From Candidatus Hydrothermarchaeota archaeon (GTDB taxonomy: Archaea; Hydrothermarchaeota; Hydrothermarchaeia; Hydrothermarchaeales; BMS3B): DNA of 64,000 nucleotides. Shown here piece after piece: positions 44,198 to 53,851 of the stretch (its first letter is position 1; every line of letters begins with the position of its first letter). The DNA is taken from contig WANX01000002.1 of the NCBI GenBank assembly GCA_015521565.1, positions 7,308 through 71,307 of the forward strand, read 5' to 3'. The position numbers and the translations under genes are program-made. The notes under the pieces were generated by a model. It saw only the letters and a list, made by a program, of their open reading frames with translations, ran no database searches and was not told the origin of the DNA.

Positions 44198-45665
44198 CGC
44201 ACGGGTTGTAAACCTGGGCGACAGGTACTTCTACAGAATAGAGCTGCCGACTCTCACGCCCAGAGAGATGAAGTTTCTTAAGAAGGTGAAGGATGCGGCT
44301 ATCAGGGAGGCGAAGGTTGAGCTGCGCGGGCTTACGAAAGAGCAGATGAAGCAGCACATGCTCTTTGCCGTGCTGGAGATAATGGAACGCCTGAGGGAGG
44401 ACCTGGAGATACCGCCGGAGAAGAAGCAGAAGCTGGCGGAGCTTATTGTGAATGACATGGTGGGCTACGGACTGCTTGAGCCTCTTCTGGAGGATGACGA
44501 TATAGAGGAGATAATGGTTATAGGACCCAAACGACCCGTCTATGTTTTTCACAGGAAGTATGGTATGCTTGAGACCAATGTGGTGTTTCAGAACCCGGAG
44601 GAGATAGTGAACATAATTCAGCGCATCGCCAGCAGTGTGGGAAGGCGAATAGATGCCTCCTCACCGCTGCTGGACGCCCGCCTTCCCGACGGCTCCCGTG
44701 TTAACGCCACGCTGAGTCCACCCGCCCTGGACGGCCCGACACTGACAATAAGGAAGTTCAAAAAGGACCCCCTCACAGTAGTGGACCTCATAAAGTTCAA
44801 CACCCTCAGCAGTGAGGTGGCTGCCTTTCTGTGGCTTATGGTCGATGGCTTCGGTGTGGCACCCAGGAACATACTGATTGCAGGAGGAACCGGAAGTGGA
44901 AAGACCACGACGCTAAACGCCCTTGCAATATTCATCCGGGAGAGGGAGCGCGTTATCACCATCGAGGACACCGCAGAACTGCAGCTGCCCATAAAACACC
45001 TGGTCAGGTTTGAAGTACGTCCACCCAGCATAGAGGGCAGGGGGGAGATAGACATGAATACACTGCTCAAGAACACACTGCGTATGCGCCCCGACAGGAT
45101 AATTATAGGCGAGGTGCGCGGCGAGGAGGCGAAGACCCTGTTTACCGCAATGAACACGGGGCACAGCGGTACCATGGCCACGCTGCACGCCAACTCCGCC
45201 AGGGAATGCATCACACGACTTACCAACGAGCCCATGAACGTTCCGCTTATAATGATCCCCGCTCTTGACCTGATTGTGATGCAGGCCAGGTTTACGCGGG
45301 ATTCCAGGGGCTCCGTTAGACGGATTACGGAGGTAACTGAGGTGGACGGTCTTCGTGAGGGTACAATCGCCCTGAGCAGGCTTTACGAGTACGACCCCGT
45401 GGAGGATGCAATTAAAAGCACTGGCACTCCCAGTGAGCTGAAACAGGTGCTGGCAAAGCAGATGGGTATTACTGTTGACGAGGTGAACGATGAGCTTGAG
45501 CGGAGGAAGCTGGTGCTGGACTATCTGGTGGCGAACAACATCAGGGAGAACTATGAGGTGCGCAGGTGGGTTGAGAGCTTCTACACCCGGCCGGAGCTGA
45601 CCCTTCAAAAGATTGAGAACTCCCTGAGGGCCGCTGTTCAGGAGCCCCCACCGGGAGAGCAATAA
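44184..45665 (+). CDS. Type II/IV secretion-system family ATPase (FlaI/VirB11/TadA-like)
   Basis: Walker A GGTGSGKTT, Asp box, Walker B RIIIGEVRG, His box TMATLHAN. N-terminal domain is FlaI/GspE-like. Confidence 0.8.
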   Translation: MGENSARVVNLGDRYFYRIELPTLTPREMKFLKKVKDAAIREAKVELRGLTKEQMKQHMLFAVLEIMERLREDLEIPPEKKQKLAELIVNDMVGYGLLEPLLEDDDIEEIMVIGPKRPVYVFHRKYGMLETNVVFQNPEEIVNIIQRIASSVGRRIDASSPLLDARLPDGSRVNATLSPPALDGPTLTIRKFKKDPLTVVDLIKFNTLSSEVAAFLWLMVDGFGVAPRNILIAGGTGSGKTTTLNALAIFIRERERVITIEDTAELQLPIKHLVRFEVRPPSIEGRGEIDMNTLLKNTLRMRPDRIIIGEVRGEEAKTLFTAMNTGHSGTMATLHANSARECITRLTNEPMNVPLIMIPALDLIVMQARFTRDSRGSVRRITEVTEVDGLREGTIALSRLYEYDPVEDAIKSTGTPSELKQVLAKQMGITVDEVNDELERRKLVLDYLVANNIRENYEVRRWVESFYTRPELTLQKIENSLRAAVQEPPPGEQ

Positions 45666-45713
45666 GAAGTTTTATATTGTGAGAGTGCAAGAAGTAAATT
45701 TTGAGGACTTGAG

Positions 45714-46277
45714 ATGAGGCTGGTAAAAGCGGTTGGGGTTCTCAATCTGATTCTCGGCGTCTTAGCGCTTCTGGCTCCGATCAAGTTCTACTCCTTTGCC
45801 ATGCGATTGTTTACTCCCGATGTTTCCCCGCCCTTCAGCGTCGAGGCGATACGCAGCACCTCACTGATGCTGCTCATACCCAGCGTTGTGCTCATCGCCA
45901 ACGGCGTTGCTCTGCTCTATCTGGGCCGCATCCTGGAGACTGGTGGTCAGCCGCCGGAGGCGAAGGAGTACCTGAGGCGCCTGAGGAGGGAGGAAGGGCT
46001 GGAGAGAGAGGAGTTTGAACTCGAGGCGGTGGAGGAGCTGGAAGAGACGCCCGGCTATGCGCTCTCACAAGAGGAGTTCACAAGGGTGAGGCATGAGATG
46101 ATAGGCAAGGAGGTGTACGACAGGAAGGGCAACTACTACGGCAGGGTGGAGAGCGTCACCCTTGGCGAGGAGGGCGAGGTTAGAGAATTCCTGGTGAGGC
46201 GGGGGAACAGGCGCAGGGTCTTCAGCGCCCGGGATATAGAGAGCAACGACGGCGTGGTTCTGGTGAGAGGCGCATAG
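45714..46277 (+). CDS. Membrane-anchored PRC-barrel domain protein
   Basis: Two TM helices and a C-terminal PRC-barrel-like segment (GKEVYDRKGNYYGRVESV...VFSARDIESNDGVVLV). Confidence 0.45.
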   Translation: MRLVKAVGVLNLILGVLALLAPIKFYSFAMRLFTPDVSPPFSVEAIRSTSLMLLIPSVVLIANGVALLYLGRILETGGQPPEAKEYLRRLRREEGLEREEFELEAVEELEETPGYALSQEEFTRVRHEMIGKEVYDRKGNYYGRVESVTLGEEGEVREFLVRRGNRRRVFSARDIESNDGVVLVRGA

Positions 46278-46319
46278 TTTTTATACTTCTTTTGCATTAC
46301 ACTGTGCAGAGGTTCCAGC

Positions 46320-46550
46320 ATGGAGGAGAAGCTTAAACGCCAGGCGGAACGCGTACTTAGGGAGCTCTCAGAGGCGCTGGGAGAGATAGACCTGGAGGAG
46401 ACCTACTACGTGGTGGATGAGATAAACATAACCCGCGACGACAGCAAACCCGAGGTAAAAAGGGGCTTCAGGAAGGCTGTGCTCGGGATAGCGCCAAAGA
46501 GGGATGAGGAGGGCTACTACATCGCAGAGACAGGAGGCTGGGTAGCGTAG
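46320..46550 (+). CDS. gatC: Small protein, possible GatC subunit of the Glu/Asp-tRNA amidotransferase
   Basis: 76 aa. Stop immediately followed by the gatA ATG. The assignment rests on position alone. Confidence 0.4.
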   Translation: MEEKLKRQAERVLRELSEALGEIDLEETYYVVDEINITRDDSKPEVKRGFRKAVLGIAPKRDEEGYYIAETGGWVA

Positions 46551-47900
46551 ATGAGCATGGAAGAGCTGCGCACCGGTGCTGTGAGCACTCAGGAGAATGT
46601 GGCGCGCTACCTGGAGGCGATAGAGGAGCGCGACAGCGAGGTAAACGCCTTCATAGAGCTCAATCCCCGCGCAGAGGAGGAAGCCCGCCGGGTGGATGAA
46701 AAGCTCAGACGGGGAGAAGCGGGGAAGCTCGCAGGTTTGGTGATAGCGGTAAAGTCCAACATAAATGTGCGCGGACTCAGGGCCACCTGCGCCTCAAAGA
46801 CGCTTGAGAACTACGTCTCGCCCTACGATGCCACTGTAATAGAGCGCATCCGCCGCGAGGATGGCGTGATTATAGGTATGACCAACATGGACGAGTTCGC
46901 CTGCGGAAGCAGCGGCGAGACCAGCTACTTCGGGGCAACGCAGAACCCCTCTGCCAGAGGCAGGATACCCGGGGGCTCCTCTTCCGGGAGCGCCGCCGCG
47001 GTTGCCGCGAAGTTTGCTGACCTCGCCCTGGGCAGCGACACCGGCGGGAGCATACGCAACCCGGCCTCGCACTGCGGTGTGGTGGGCGTGAAGCCCACCT
47101 ACGGGCTTGTGCCGAGGCATGGCTTAATAGACCTTGCCATGAGCCTGGACCAGATAGGACCTCTTGCGAGGGATGTGCGCTCCGCCGCACTGCTGCTTGA
47201 GGTCATCGCCGGGCACAGCGATAGAGAGGCGACTACGATAAGAGCAAGGGGTGAAAGCTACTCTTCGCAGCTCAGCGCAGACCTCTCGGGTATGAAAATA
47301 GGCTTTGCCAGGGAGTTTGAGGAGTACACCGCGGGCGAGATTATCCGGGAAGTGAAGCATGCCCTGTCAAAGCTTGAGGCCCAGGGTGCGAGTGTGGTTG
47401 AGGTGGAGCTCCCCAGCCTGGAAAAGGCGCTGCCCACCTACTACCTCACCGTCTTTGTTGAGTTCTTCTCTGCCACGAGGCGCTACGACGGTCGCCGCTA
47501 CGGATACCGCATCGAGGAGGTGTGCGGCGAGGAGGTGCTGCGCAGGATAATGCTGGGGCGCTACATAAGCAGAAAGGAGTACTCGGGCAGGTACTACCGC
47601 CGCGCGCTGCAGTTCCGCTCCTTAATCAAGAGGGAGATGCTTGAAGTTTTGCGCAGCGTTGACCTCATCGCGGGCCCGACGACGCCCAAGCTGCCCCACC
47701 GCCTTGGCGAGAGTTTAACACCTCTGGAGATGTACGCCTACGACCTGCTCACTGTGCCCGCGAACCTGGCGGGCATACCCGCTGGTGTGATTAAGGCAGG
47801 CGAGGTCAGGGGCATACCCGTTGGACTGCAGCTCCAGGCAGGGCCCCTGGAGGAGCAGAAGATACTCAACGCCATGTATGCGCTCGAGGGAGGAGAATGA
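46551..47900 (+). CDS. gatA: Glutamyl-tRNA(Gln)/Aspartyl-tRNA(Asn) amidotransferase subunit A
   Basis: Amidase signature GGSSSGSAAAVAA. Ser-cisSer-Lys triad context. Confidence 0.9.
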   Translation: MSMEELRTGAVSTQENVARYLEAIEERDSEVNAFIELNPRAEEEARRVDEKLRRGEAGKLAGLVIAVKSNINVRGLRATCASKTLENYVSPYDATVIERIRREDGVIIGMTNMDEFACGSSGETSYFGATQNPSARGRIPGGSSSGSAAAVAAKFADLALGSDTGGSIRNPASHCGVVGVKPTYGLVPRHGLIDLAMSLDQIGPLARDVRSAALLLEVIAGHSDREATTIRARGESYSSQLSADLSGMKIGFAREFEEYTAGEIIREVKHALSKLEAQGASVVEVELPSLEKALPTYYLTVFVEFFSATRRYDGRRYGYRIEEVCGEEVLRRIMLGRYISRKEYSGRYYRRALQFRSLIKREMLEVLRSVDLIAGPTTPKLPHRLGESLTPLEMYAYDLLTVPANLAGIPAGVIKAGEVRGIPVGLQLQAGPLEEQKILNAMYALEGGE

Positions 47901-49267
47901 GGGTAACCATAGGCTTCGAGATCCACGAGCAGCTGGCAACGCGCACAAAGCTCTTCTGCAAAACTCCCACCGACTACCGGGAGGCAGAGCCGAATGCCAA
48001 CGTGTGCGAGGTCTGCCTGGGATTGCCCGGAGCAAAGCCCATGCCTGTGAACAGGGAAGCCCTCGAGGGCGCCCTCGCCATAGCGCTGATGCTCAACTGC
48101 AGGATTGTGAGGGAGCCCATATACATCCTGAGGAAGCACTACGACTATCCCGACCTGCCCTCGGGCTACCAGCGCACCTCCATGCCCATAGGCAAGGACG
48201 GCGAGCTGGCAGGCGTGCGGATATGGGAGGTTCACCTGGAGGAGGACCCGGGAAAGTACGACCCCTCCACAGGAAGGGTGGACTTCAACCGCTCCGGCGT
48301 GCCTCTTGTGGAGATAGTCACCGCACCAGATATGCACTCGCCGGAGGAGGCAAGGGAGTTTCTGAAGGAGCTGGTAAAGGTGCTGCGCTACACCCGGCGG
48401 GTGCGCGAAGAGGGCGGAACCATGCGCGTGGACACAAATGTGAGCATCGAGGGCGGGGCGAGGGTTGAGATTAAGAACATAAACAGCATCCGGGGCGCCT
48501 ACCGCGCGCTTAAGTTTGAAATAACCAGGCAGAAGAATTTGATGAGAAGGGGGAGGGTGGTGAAGCGGGAGACCCGCGCCTATCTTGAGGCACAGATGAT
48601 TACCCGCGCCATGCGCACAAAGGAGGAGGCCGAAGACTACCGCTATATTCCCGACCCCGACATACCGCCCCTGCTCATAACCCAGGAGATGATAGACAGG
48701 GTCAGGGAAACACTTCCAGAGGCGCCCCACATCAAGGAGAGGCGCTTCATCCAGCAGTACGGTATTAAAGCTGACGATGCGAAGATCATAGCGAGTGAGC
48801 TTGAGCTGGCTGACGCCTTTGAGGAGGTGGCAAAGGTAATCCCGGCGCAGTTTGCGGCAAGCTGGATCCGTGACGAGGTGAAGCGCGTCCTGGAGTACAA
48901 TGGCATAACCTTCAGACAGAGCGGAATCACGCCCGCCCAGCTCATAGAGCTACTCCAGATGGTGCTCAGCGACGAGATTACGCTCAAGACAGCGAAGAAG
49001 GTGATGGAGCTACTGCCTGAGAGGCGCACCTCGCCCAGGAAGATAATAGAGGAGCTTGGATTGAAGAAGCTGCGCGACGAGGAGGCTGTGGCAAAGGCCT
49101 GTGAGGAGGCTATTGAGGAGAATCCCAAGGCGGTTGAGGACTACCTCTCTGGCAAGAAGGAGGCCCTGAACTTTCTGGTGGGGCAGGTTATGCGCAAGAC
49201 ACGCGGCAGGGCAGACCCCGCAAAAGTTCTGGAGATGCTGCGCGGGAGAATAGGGGACGGTGAGTAG
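47897..49267 (+). CDS. gatB: Glutamyl-tRNA(Gln)/Aspartyl-tRNA(Asn) amidotransferase subunit B
   Basis: N-terminus MRVTIGFEIHEQL typical of GatB. C-terminal GatB/YqeY domain. Confidence 0.9.
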   Translation: MRVTIGFEIHEQLATRTKLFCKTPTDYREAEPNANVCEVCLGLPGAKPMPVNREALEGALAIALMLNCRIVREPIYILRKHYDYPDLPSGYQRTSMPIGKDGELAGVRIWEVHLEEDPGKYDPSTGRVDFNRSGVPLVEIVTAPDMHSPEEAREFLKELVKVLRYTRRVREEGGTMRVDTNVSIEGGARVEIKNINSIRGAYRALKFEITRQKNLMRRGRVVKRETRAYLEAQMITRAMRTKEEAEDYRYIPDPDIPPLLITQEMIDRVRETLPEAPHIKERRFIQQYGIKADDAKIIASELELADAFEEVAKVIPAQFAASWIRDEVKRVLEYNGITFRQSGITPAQLIELLQMVLSDEITLKTAKKVMELLPERRTSPRKIIEELGLKKLRDEEAVAKACEEAIEENPKAVEDYLSGKKEALNFLVGQVMRKTRGRADPAKVLEMLRGRIGDGE

Positions 49268-49311
49268 CAGCCTTTTTTAGTTGCGGCAGAAATAAAAGAA
49301 GGGGAAGGAGG

Positions 49312-52300
49312 CTATTGCTCCGGCCTCCTTCCCAGTAGCAGCAGCGGCAGCACCGCTATGAGTGCCACAAAGGTTGGACCGCAGATACCCTTTTTCTCAG
49401 CGGGCTCAGAGGGCTGTGGTTCTTCCGGAGCTGGCTCCGGCTTCTTTTCGGGCTCTGGCACCTTCTTTACAGGTGGAGAGGTCTCCGGCTGTTCCTGCGG
49501 GGAAACCGGTGCGGGAGGTTTCTCCTCAGGCGCCGGGGCAGCTGATGGCGGAGGGCTCGCCACCTCCTCCACCTGGGCGAATATATCCCTGAAACCCGAG
49601 TTCTCCCTGCCGGTGATGGCAAACCAGCTGAAGCCCGGTGTTTCCGCGGTGTAGTAGAAGGTTCCGTTCTCCACCTTTTCAGGTCTGGTGGTCAGCTTCT
49701 CCCATTTCTTGTTTTCATTCAGGCGGTACATTGCCACCGTTGACGGGTCGATGTCGTTGTCCCTGAGCCAGGCCTCCTTCACCAGGAAGGTTATACTGGC
49801 TTTCTTTACATAGGTGCCGGGCTTGCTGTACTTTATCAGTAAGTAACTGTAGAGTCTGCCTGGTGCGGGATCGAAAATCACCCAGTCCGGCTTCTTTGAG
49901 TAGGTGCTGACTCTGACCTTTGCATAGTGCTGGTCCCGGGCGGCGAAGACTTCTATACTGGAGATGTGGGGCACATACTTCCGGTTGAAAACTGCCACAT
50001 AGCTTTCGCCTGCCTTTATTCTGGGAATCTCCACGGTATTCTTCGGCGCACCGCCGCCACCGCCGCCTGCTGAAGGTGGCGGGCTGGCTGTGGTAAAGCT
50101 GAATTCAGCGCTCTGGTTGGAGTGGCCAGCTCTGTCGGTGCTGTTTACCACAAAGTAGTACCTGGTTCCAGAGCTGAGCCCCGTCAGTTTGAGGGTGTGG
50201 GCTGTTTTTGGAGTGGTGTTGCCGACGCTCCAGGAGTACTTCCCGGAGGAGGTGCCGTAGAGCACAAGGCTGCCAGCAGGTTCGTCTGTCTGCCAGCTGA
50301 CTACGGCACTGCTCTGAGTAACAGAGGACACCTTGACGCCGGTTATCACCGGCGGGGATATGTCAACACCCATGGGGGCAAAAACGCTGAAGCGGGTGAG
50401 GTTGGAGTGCACATACCTGCCGGCAGTGTTAACCGCGTTTGTACCCGGGACTGGCTCCCAGCCGGTGCCGTTGTACCGCCATATGCGCAGGGTGCTCTCA
50501 TTTACACCGGCACTGCTGATGTCCGAGGGGGTGTAGCTGAAGTTGATGTACACCCAGGCGCTGCTGGTGTTGGTGATGTTCAGATACTTGCCCAGGCTCC
50601 TGTAGCCCGCAGGCTCCAGGGCCGGCGATGAGGTGGCGTTTATAATTATATCCCCGGTGAAGCTGAGGTTGAGCTTCACCCCTCCAATTGATGTCTCTGC
50701 CACGCGTGTATTCGGGGCGAAGGATGCCCTGAAGTCAATGCTGTTCTGAATCAGTGCAACCCGGTTCAGCACATTGCTGTCGGAGCTGTCTATCAGGACC
50801 CCGCTGCCGGAGTGTTTTACTGTGACGTTCTGCAGCGTATTGCTCTTGCTACTGGAACTGATTCTGATACCACCGCCCGGGTTTGCCTCGATGGTGGACC
50901 TGACAAGCCTGTTGTTGCTGGAGGAGAGGAAGTATGCTCCGATGTAGCTCGAGCTTATTCTGCTGTCTGAGATGTTGTTGCCGCCGGAGTAGTTGAGGTA
51001 GATGCCCATCTTGGAGTTGCTGCTGGCGGTGACGTTGATTATGATGTTGTTCTCTGACCTGTGCAGCAGGACTCCGTAGTCCCCGTTGGAGCCGGCGTGG
51101 TTGTCCTCAATTGTGGAAAAGTTGGAATTTTCCAGATGTATTCCGCTCCTGTTGTTGGCGGTGGCGTTGTTACCCTTTACGGAGTTCAGCAGGGAGCTGT
51201 AGATGTAGACCCCGCTGTAGTTGTTCCCTGCGATGCGGTTGGTGTAAATCTGGTTCTGATTGGAGGCGTCCAGCACAATACCATGCCTGTAGCTCCCCGA
51301 AACTGTGTTCCCGGAAAGGGTGACGTTGGTGGAGCGCACAATCTCCACACCGTACTTTCTGCTGGAGCTTATTGTGTTTCCGCTGATAAGATTGTCTCTG
51401 GACCTGTCCATGAGGATACCCCACAAATTGCCGCTCAGGGTGTTGTGGCTGATGTTGGTGAGGTTGGACGACTGCAGGTATATGCCCTGGTTTAAGCTGG
51501 TGCTTATAACATTCCCGGAAAGCAGGTTGCTGTTCGATGACTCCAGAATTACGCCATAGGTGTTGGAGGTAAGGTTGTTGCCGCTGAGGGTGTTGCTCAC
51601 ACTGCTCATGTTCAGATGAACACCCGCCAGGGTGTTGTTTACCAGAGTGTTGTAGCGTATCTGGTTGCCTCTGGAGGTCTCAAGCAGAATGCCGGAGACG
51701 TTTATAGTGTCCTTTATGATGTTGTCATCCACTGTTGTGTCGTTCACATTCTGGAGATAGACGCCTGTTGAGTTGCTCCCGGTTATGGTATTGTTCAGAA
51801 CTGAGCTCAGGTTGGAGTTGACAGACCATATACCGAATTCGTTCTCTGAAAGGGTGTTGTTGAAAATCCTGGCGTAGCTGCTGGCGTCGATGACAATGCC
51901 GTCGTAGCTTCTGTTGACCGTGTTGTTCTCTATGCTGGTGCTGTTGGACCTGAGTGAAATTATGGCGTATCGGGAGGCGAGGGTTATCTGATTCCCGGCA
52001 ACCTCCACGCTGTTCGACCTCTCGACAAATATGCCATCTGTGCCTGAGCTTATCCGGTTCATAAGCGCCTGCGTCGAGCTGGAGCGCAGGAGGTAGATGC
52101 CGATGTTTGCGGAGTTTATTATTGTGTTGCCCTTTACAACACTGCCTATGGCATCGGTGAGGTCAATGCCATCGTCCAGATTATCCCTGAGGGTGTTGTA
52201 CCTAACCACATTGTTGAGACCGCCTATGGCTATGCCGTCCTGTGAATTGCCAGATGCAAAGTTGTTCTCCACGGTGTTGGCATCAGAGCTCACCAGGAAG

Positions 52301-53655
52301 ATTCCTGTGCCGGTGTTCTGGCTGGCATTATTGCCTCTGATTGAGTTGACCTTTGAGTTCTGAATGTATATCCCTGTTGTACTGGAAACGATGGTGGTGT
52401 TCTCTACCAGACTGCTGTTTACCTGGTTGAAACGAATTCCGGAGTTCCCCCAGTCAGTAAGTCTGAGATTTATCACCTTCACATTCACCAGCGTCGTGGT
52501 GGCGTTGTTCACATAGACTCCGGAGGTCCCCAGGGTGTCCACACCGTCTATTACCATGCCCGCGCCGTCAAAGACCACATTGCTCGAGGTTATGTTTATG
52601 CACGCCGTGGTGGTGCTGTTTATTATGCTGGTGTTCAGCACATAATAGCCGGGAGAGCTCAGTGCAGCGCAGGTGCTTATGTTGTTTACAGGTGGAGGTG
52701 TGGACAGGGGCAGGTAGTCGATGTTGGTGGAGTTGATTGTGTAGGTGGAGTCACAGATTCCGTCGTGGTCTGCATCGGTGCAGCTGTCACTGTGGCCGGT
52801 GCCGCTGGGAGAGCCCCAGTAGTTGCCACCGATGAAAGGCCCCCCAACTATGTTACCGCCTGCCCTCAGGCTTGTGTTCCACTTATTTGTGGACACAGTC
52901 TGATAGAAGTGGATGTTGGCGGTGTTGTTGAATTTGTTGTTGTAAATCAGGTTGTCAGCGGGAGCTAAAACGAAGTATATCCCATAACTGCCGCTGTTTT
53001 CTATGACATTACCTGAGATTATGTTACCGCTGGCCGTGGAACGGTATATATAAATTCCGTTTATTTTTGAATTGAGAATCCGGTTGTTTATTATCGTATT
53101 ATTTCTACCGGAAATATAAATTCCATGGTTGTTGCCCTCTATGAGGTTGTCGCTCAGATTGTTTCTGCTTCCGGTGATAATACCGTAACTGTTGAAAGAG
53201 GCGTTGCTGCCGGTAATTGTGTTGTCCTGACCATCAACCTGAATCCCCGAATAGATGTTGGAGCTTGCCGTTACCCCGGCAACCGCTCCTTTTCCGGCTG
53301 TGAAGTAAATTCCTCCGTACCAGTCGGTGAGGGTGACGTTCTTAACTGTAATGTTGGTGAAGGCGACTCCTGAAATCACGGGCACATAGATGCCGTAGGT
53401 GTAGGAGCTGTTGTCCACACCGTCTATTACCCTGCCCGCGCCGTCGAAGACCACATTGCTCGAGCTTATGTTTATGCACACCTTGGCGGTGCTGTTTATT
53501 ATGCTGGTGTTCAGCACATAATAGCCGGGAGAGCTTATAACTGTGCATGAGTTCACAGCAGTTGCGGCATGCACCGCCGGCAGCAGAGTTAACACAAGCA
53601 TAAGCCCCAGAACCCGCAATAAAGACCCACTCCTTGTGATGGATGCCATCGCCAT
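49312..53655 (-). CDS. Giant secreted parallel-beta-helix surface glycoprotein (1447 aa) with Fn3 domain, Pro/Thr-rich stalk and PGF-CTERM-like anchor
   Basis: Signal peptide. Dozens of about 22-aa right-handed beta-helix (NosD/pectate-lyase-like) repeats with N-x-S/T sequons. Fn3 domain (VVSWQTDEPAGS...YYFVVNSTD). PEPAPEEP stalk. C-terminus GPTFVALIAVLPLLLLGRRPEQ. Confidence 0.8.
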   Translation of the reverse strand: MAMASITRSGSLLRVLGLMLVLTLLPAVHAATAVNSCTVISSPGYYVLNTSIINSTAKVCINISSSNVVFDGAGRVIDGVDNSSYTYGIYVPVISGVAFTNITVKNVTLTDWYGGIYFTAGKGAVAGVTASSNIYSGIQVDGQDNTITGSNASFNSYGIITGSRNNLSDNLIEGNNHGIYISGRNNTIINNRILNSKINGIYIYRSTASGNIISGNVIENSGSYGIYFVLAPADNLIYNNKFNNTANIHFYQTVSTNKWNTSLRAGGNIVGGPFIGGNYWGSPSGTGHSDSCTDADHDGICDSTYTINSTNIDYLPLSTPPPVNNISTCAALSSPGYYVLNTSIINSTTTACINITSSNVVFDGAGMVIDGVDTLGTSGVYVNNATTTLVNVKVINLRLTDWGNSGIRFNQVNSSLVENTTIVSSTTGIYIQNSKVNSIRGNNASQNTGTGIFLVSSDANTVENNFASGNSQDGIAIGGLNNVVRYNTLRDNLDDGIDLTDAIGSVVKGNTIINSANIGIYLLRSSSTQALMNRISSGTDGIFVERSNSVEVAGNQITLASRYAIISLRSNSTSIENNTVNRSYDGIVIDASSYARIFNNTLSENEFGIWSVNSNLSSVLNNTITGSNSTGVYLQNVNDTTVDDNIIKDTINVSGILLETSRGNQIRYNTLVNNTLAGVHLNMSSVSNTLSGNNLTSNTYGVILESSNSNLLSGNVISTSLNQGIYLQSSNLTNISHNTLSGNLWGILMDRSRDNLISGNTISSSRKYGVEIVRSTNVTLSGNTVSGSYRHGIVLDASNQNQIYTNRIAGNNYSGVYIYSSLLNSVKGNNATANNRSGIHLENSNFSTIEDNHAGSNGDYGVLLHRSENNIIINVTASSNSKMGIYLNYSGGNNISDSRISSSYIGAYFLSSSNNRLVRSTIEANPGGGIRISSSSKSNTLQNVTVKHSGSGVLIDSSDSNVLNRVALIQNSIDFRASFAPNTRVAETSIGGVKLNLSFTGDIIINATSSPALEPAGYRSLGKYLNITNTSSAWVYINFSYTPSDISSAGVNESTLRIWRYNGTGWEPVPGTNAVNTAGRYVHSNLTRFSVFAPMGVDISPPVITGVKVSSVTQSSAVVSWQTDEPAGSLVLYGTSSGKYSWSVGNTTPKTAHTLKLTGLSSGTRYYFVVNSTDRAGHSNQSAEFSFTTASPPPSAGGGGGGAPKNTVEIPRIKAGESYVAVFNRKYVPHISSIEVFAARDQHYAKVRVSTYSKKPDWVIFDPAPGRLYSYLLIKYSKPGTYVKKASITFLVKEAWLRDNDIDPSTVAMYRLNENKKWEKLTTRPEKVENGTFYYTAETPGFSWFAITGRENSGFRDIFAQVEEVASPPPSAAPAPEEKPPAPVSPQEQPETSPPVKKVPEPEKKPEPAPEEPQPSEPAEKKGICGPTFVALIAVLPLLLLGRRPEQ

Positions 53656-53851
53656 TTCAAATACACCTCATGAGCTGATGCGGAATAAATTGATAAAATA
53701 AGCACAGATTTTTTATATTTTACGTTTAATATGTTTTAAAATGCGTTACTTTGTAATACAACCAAAAATAAGATGATATGTATCATAAGAATGTTCCATG
53801 ACTCGAAACTTTGTTTCACATTCCGAAAGCCGCCTCAGTGTCCCGGACACC

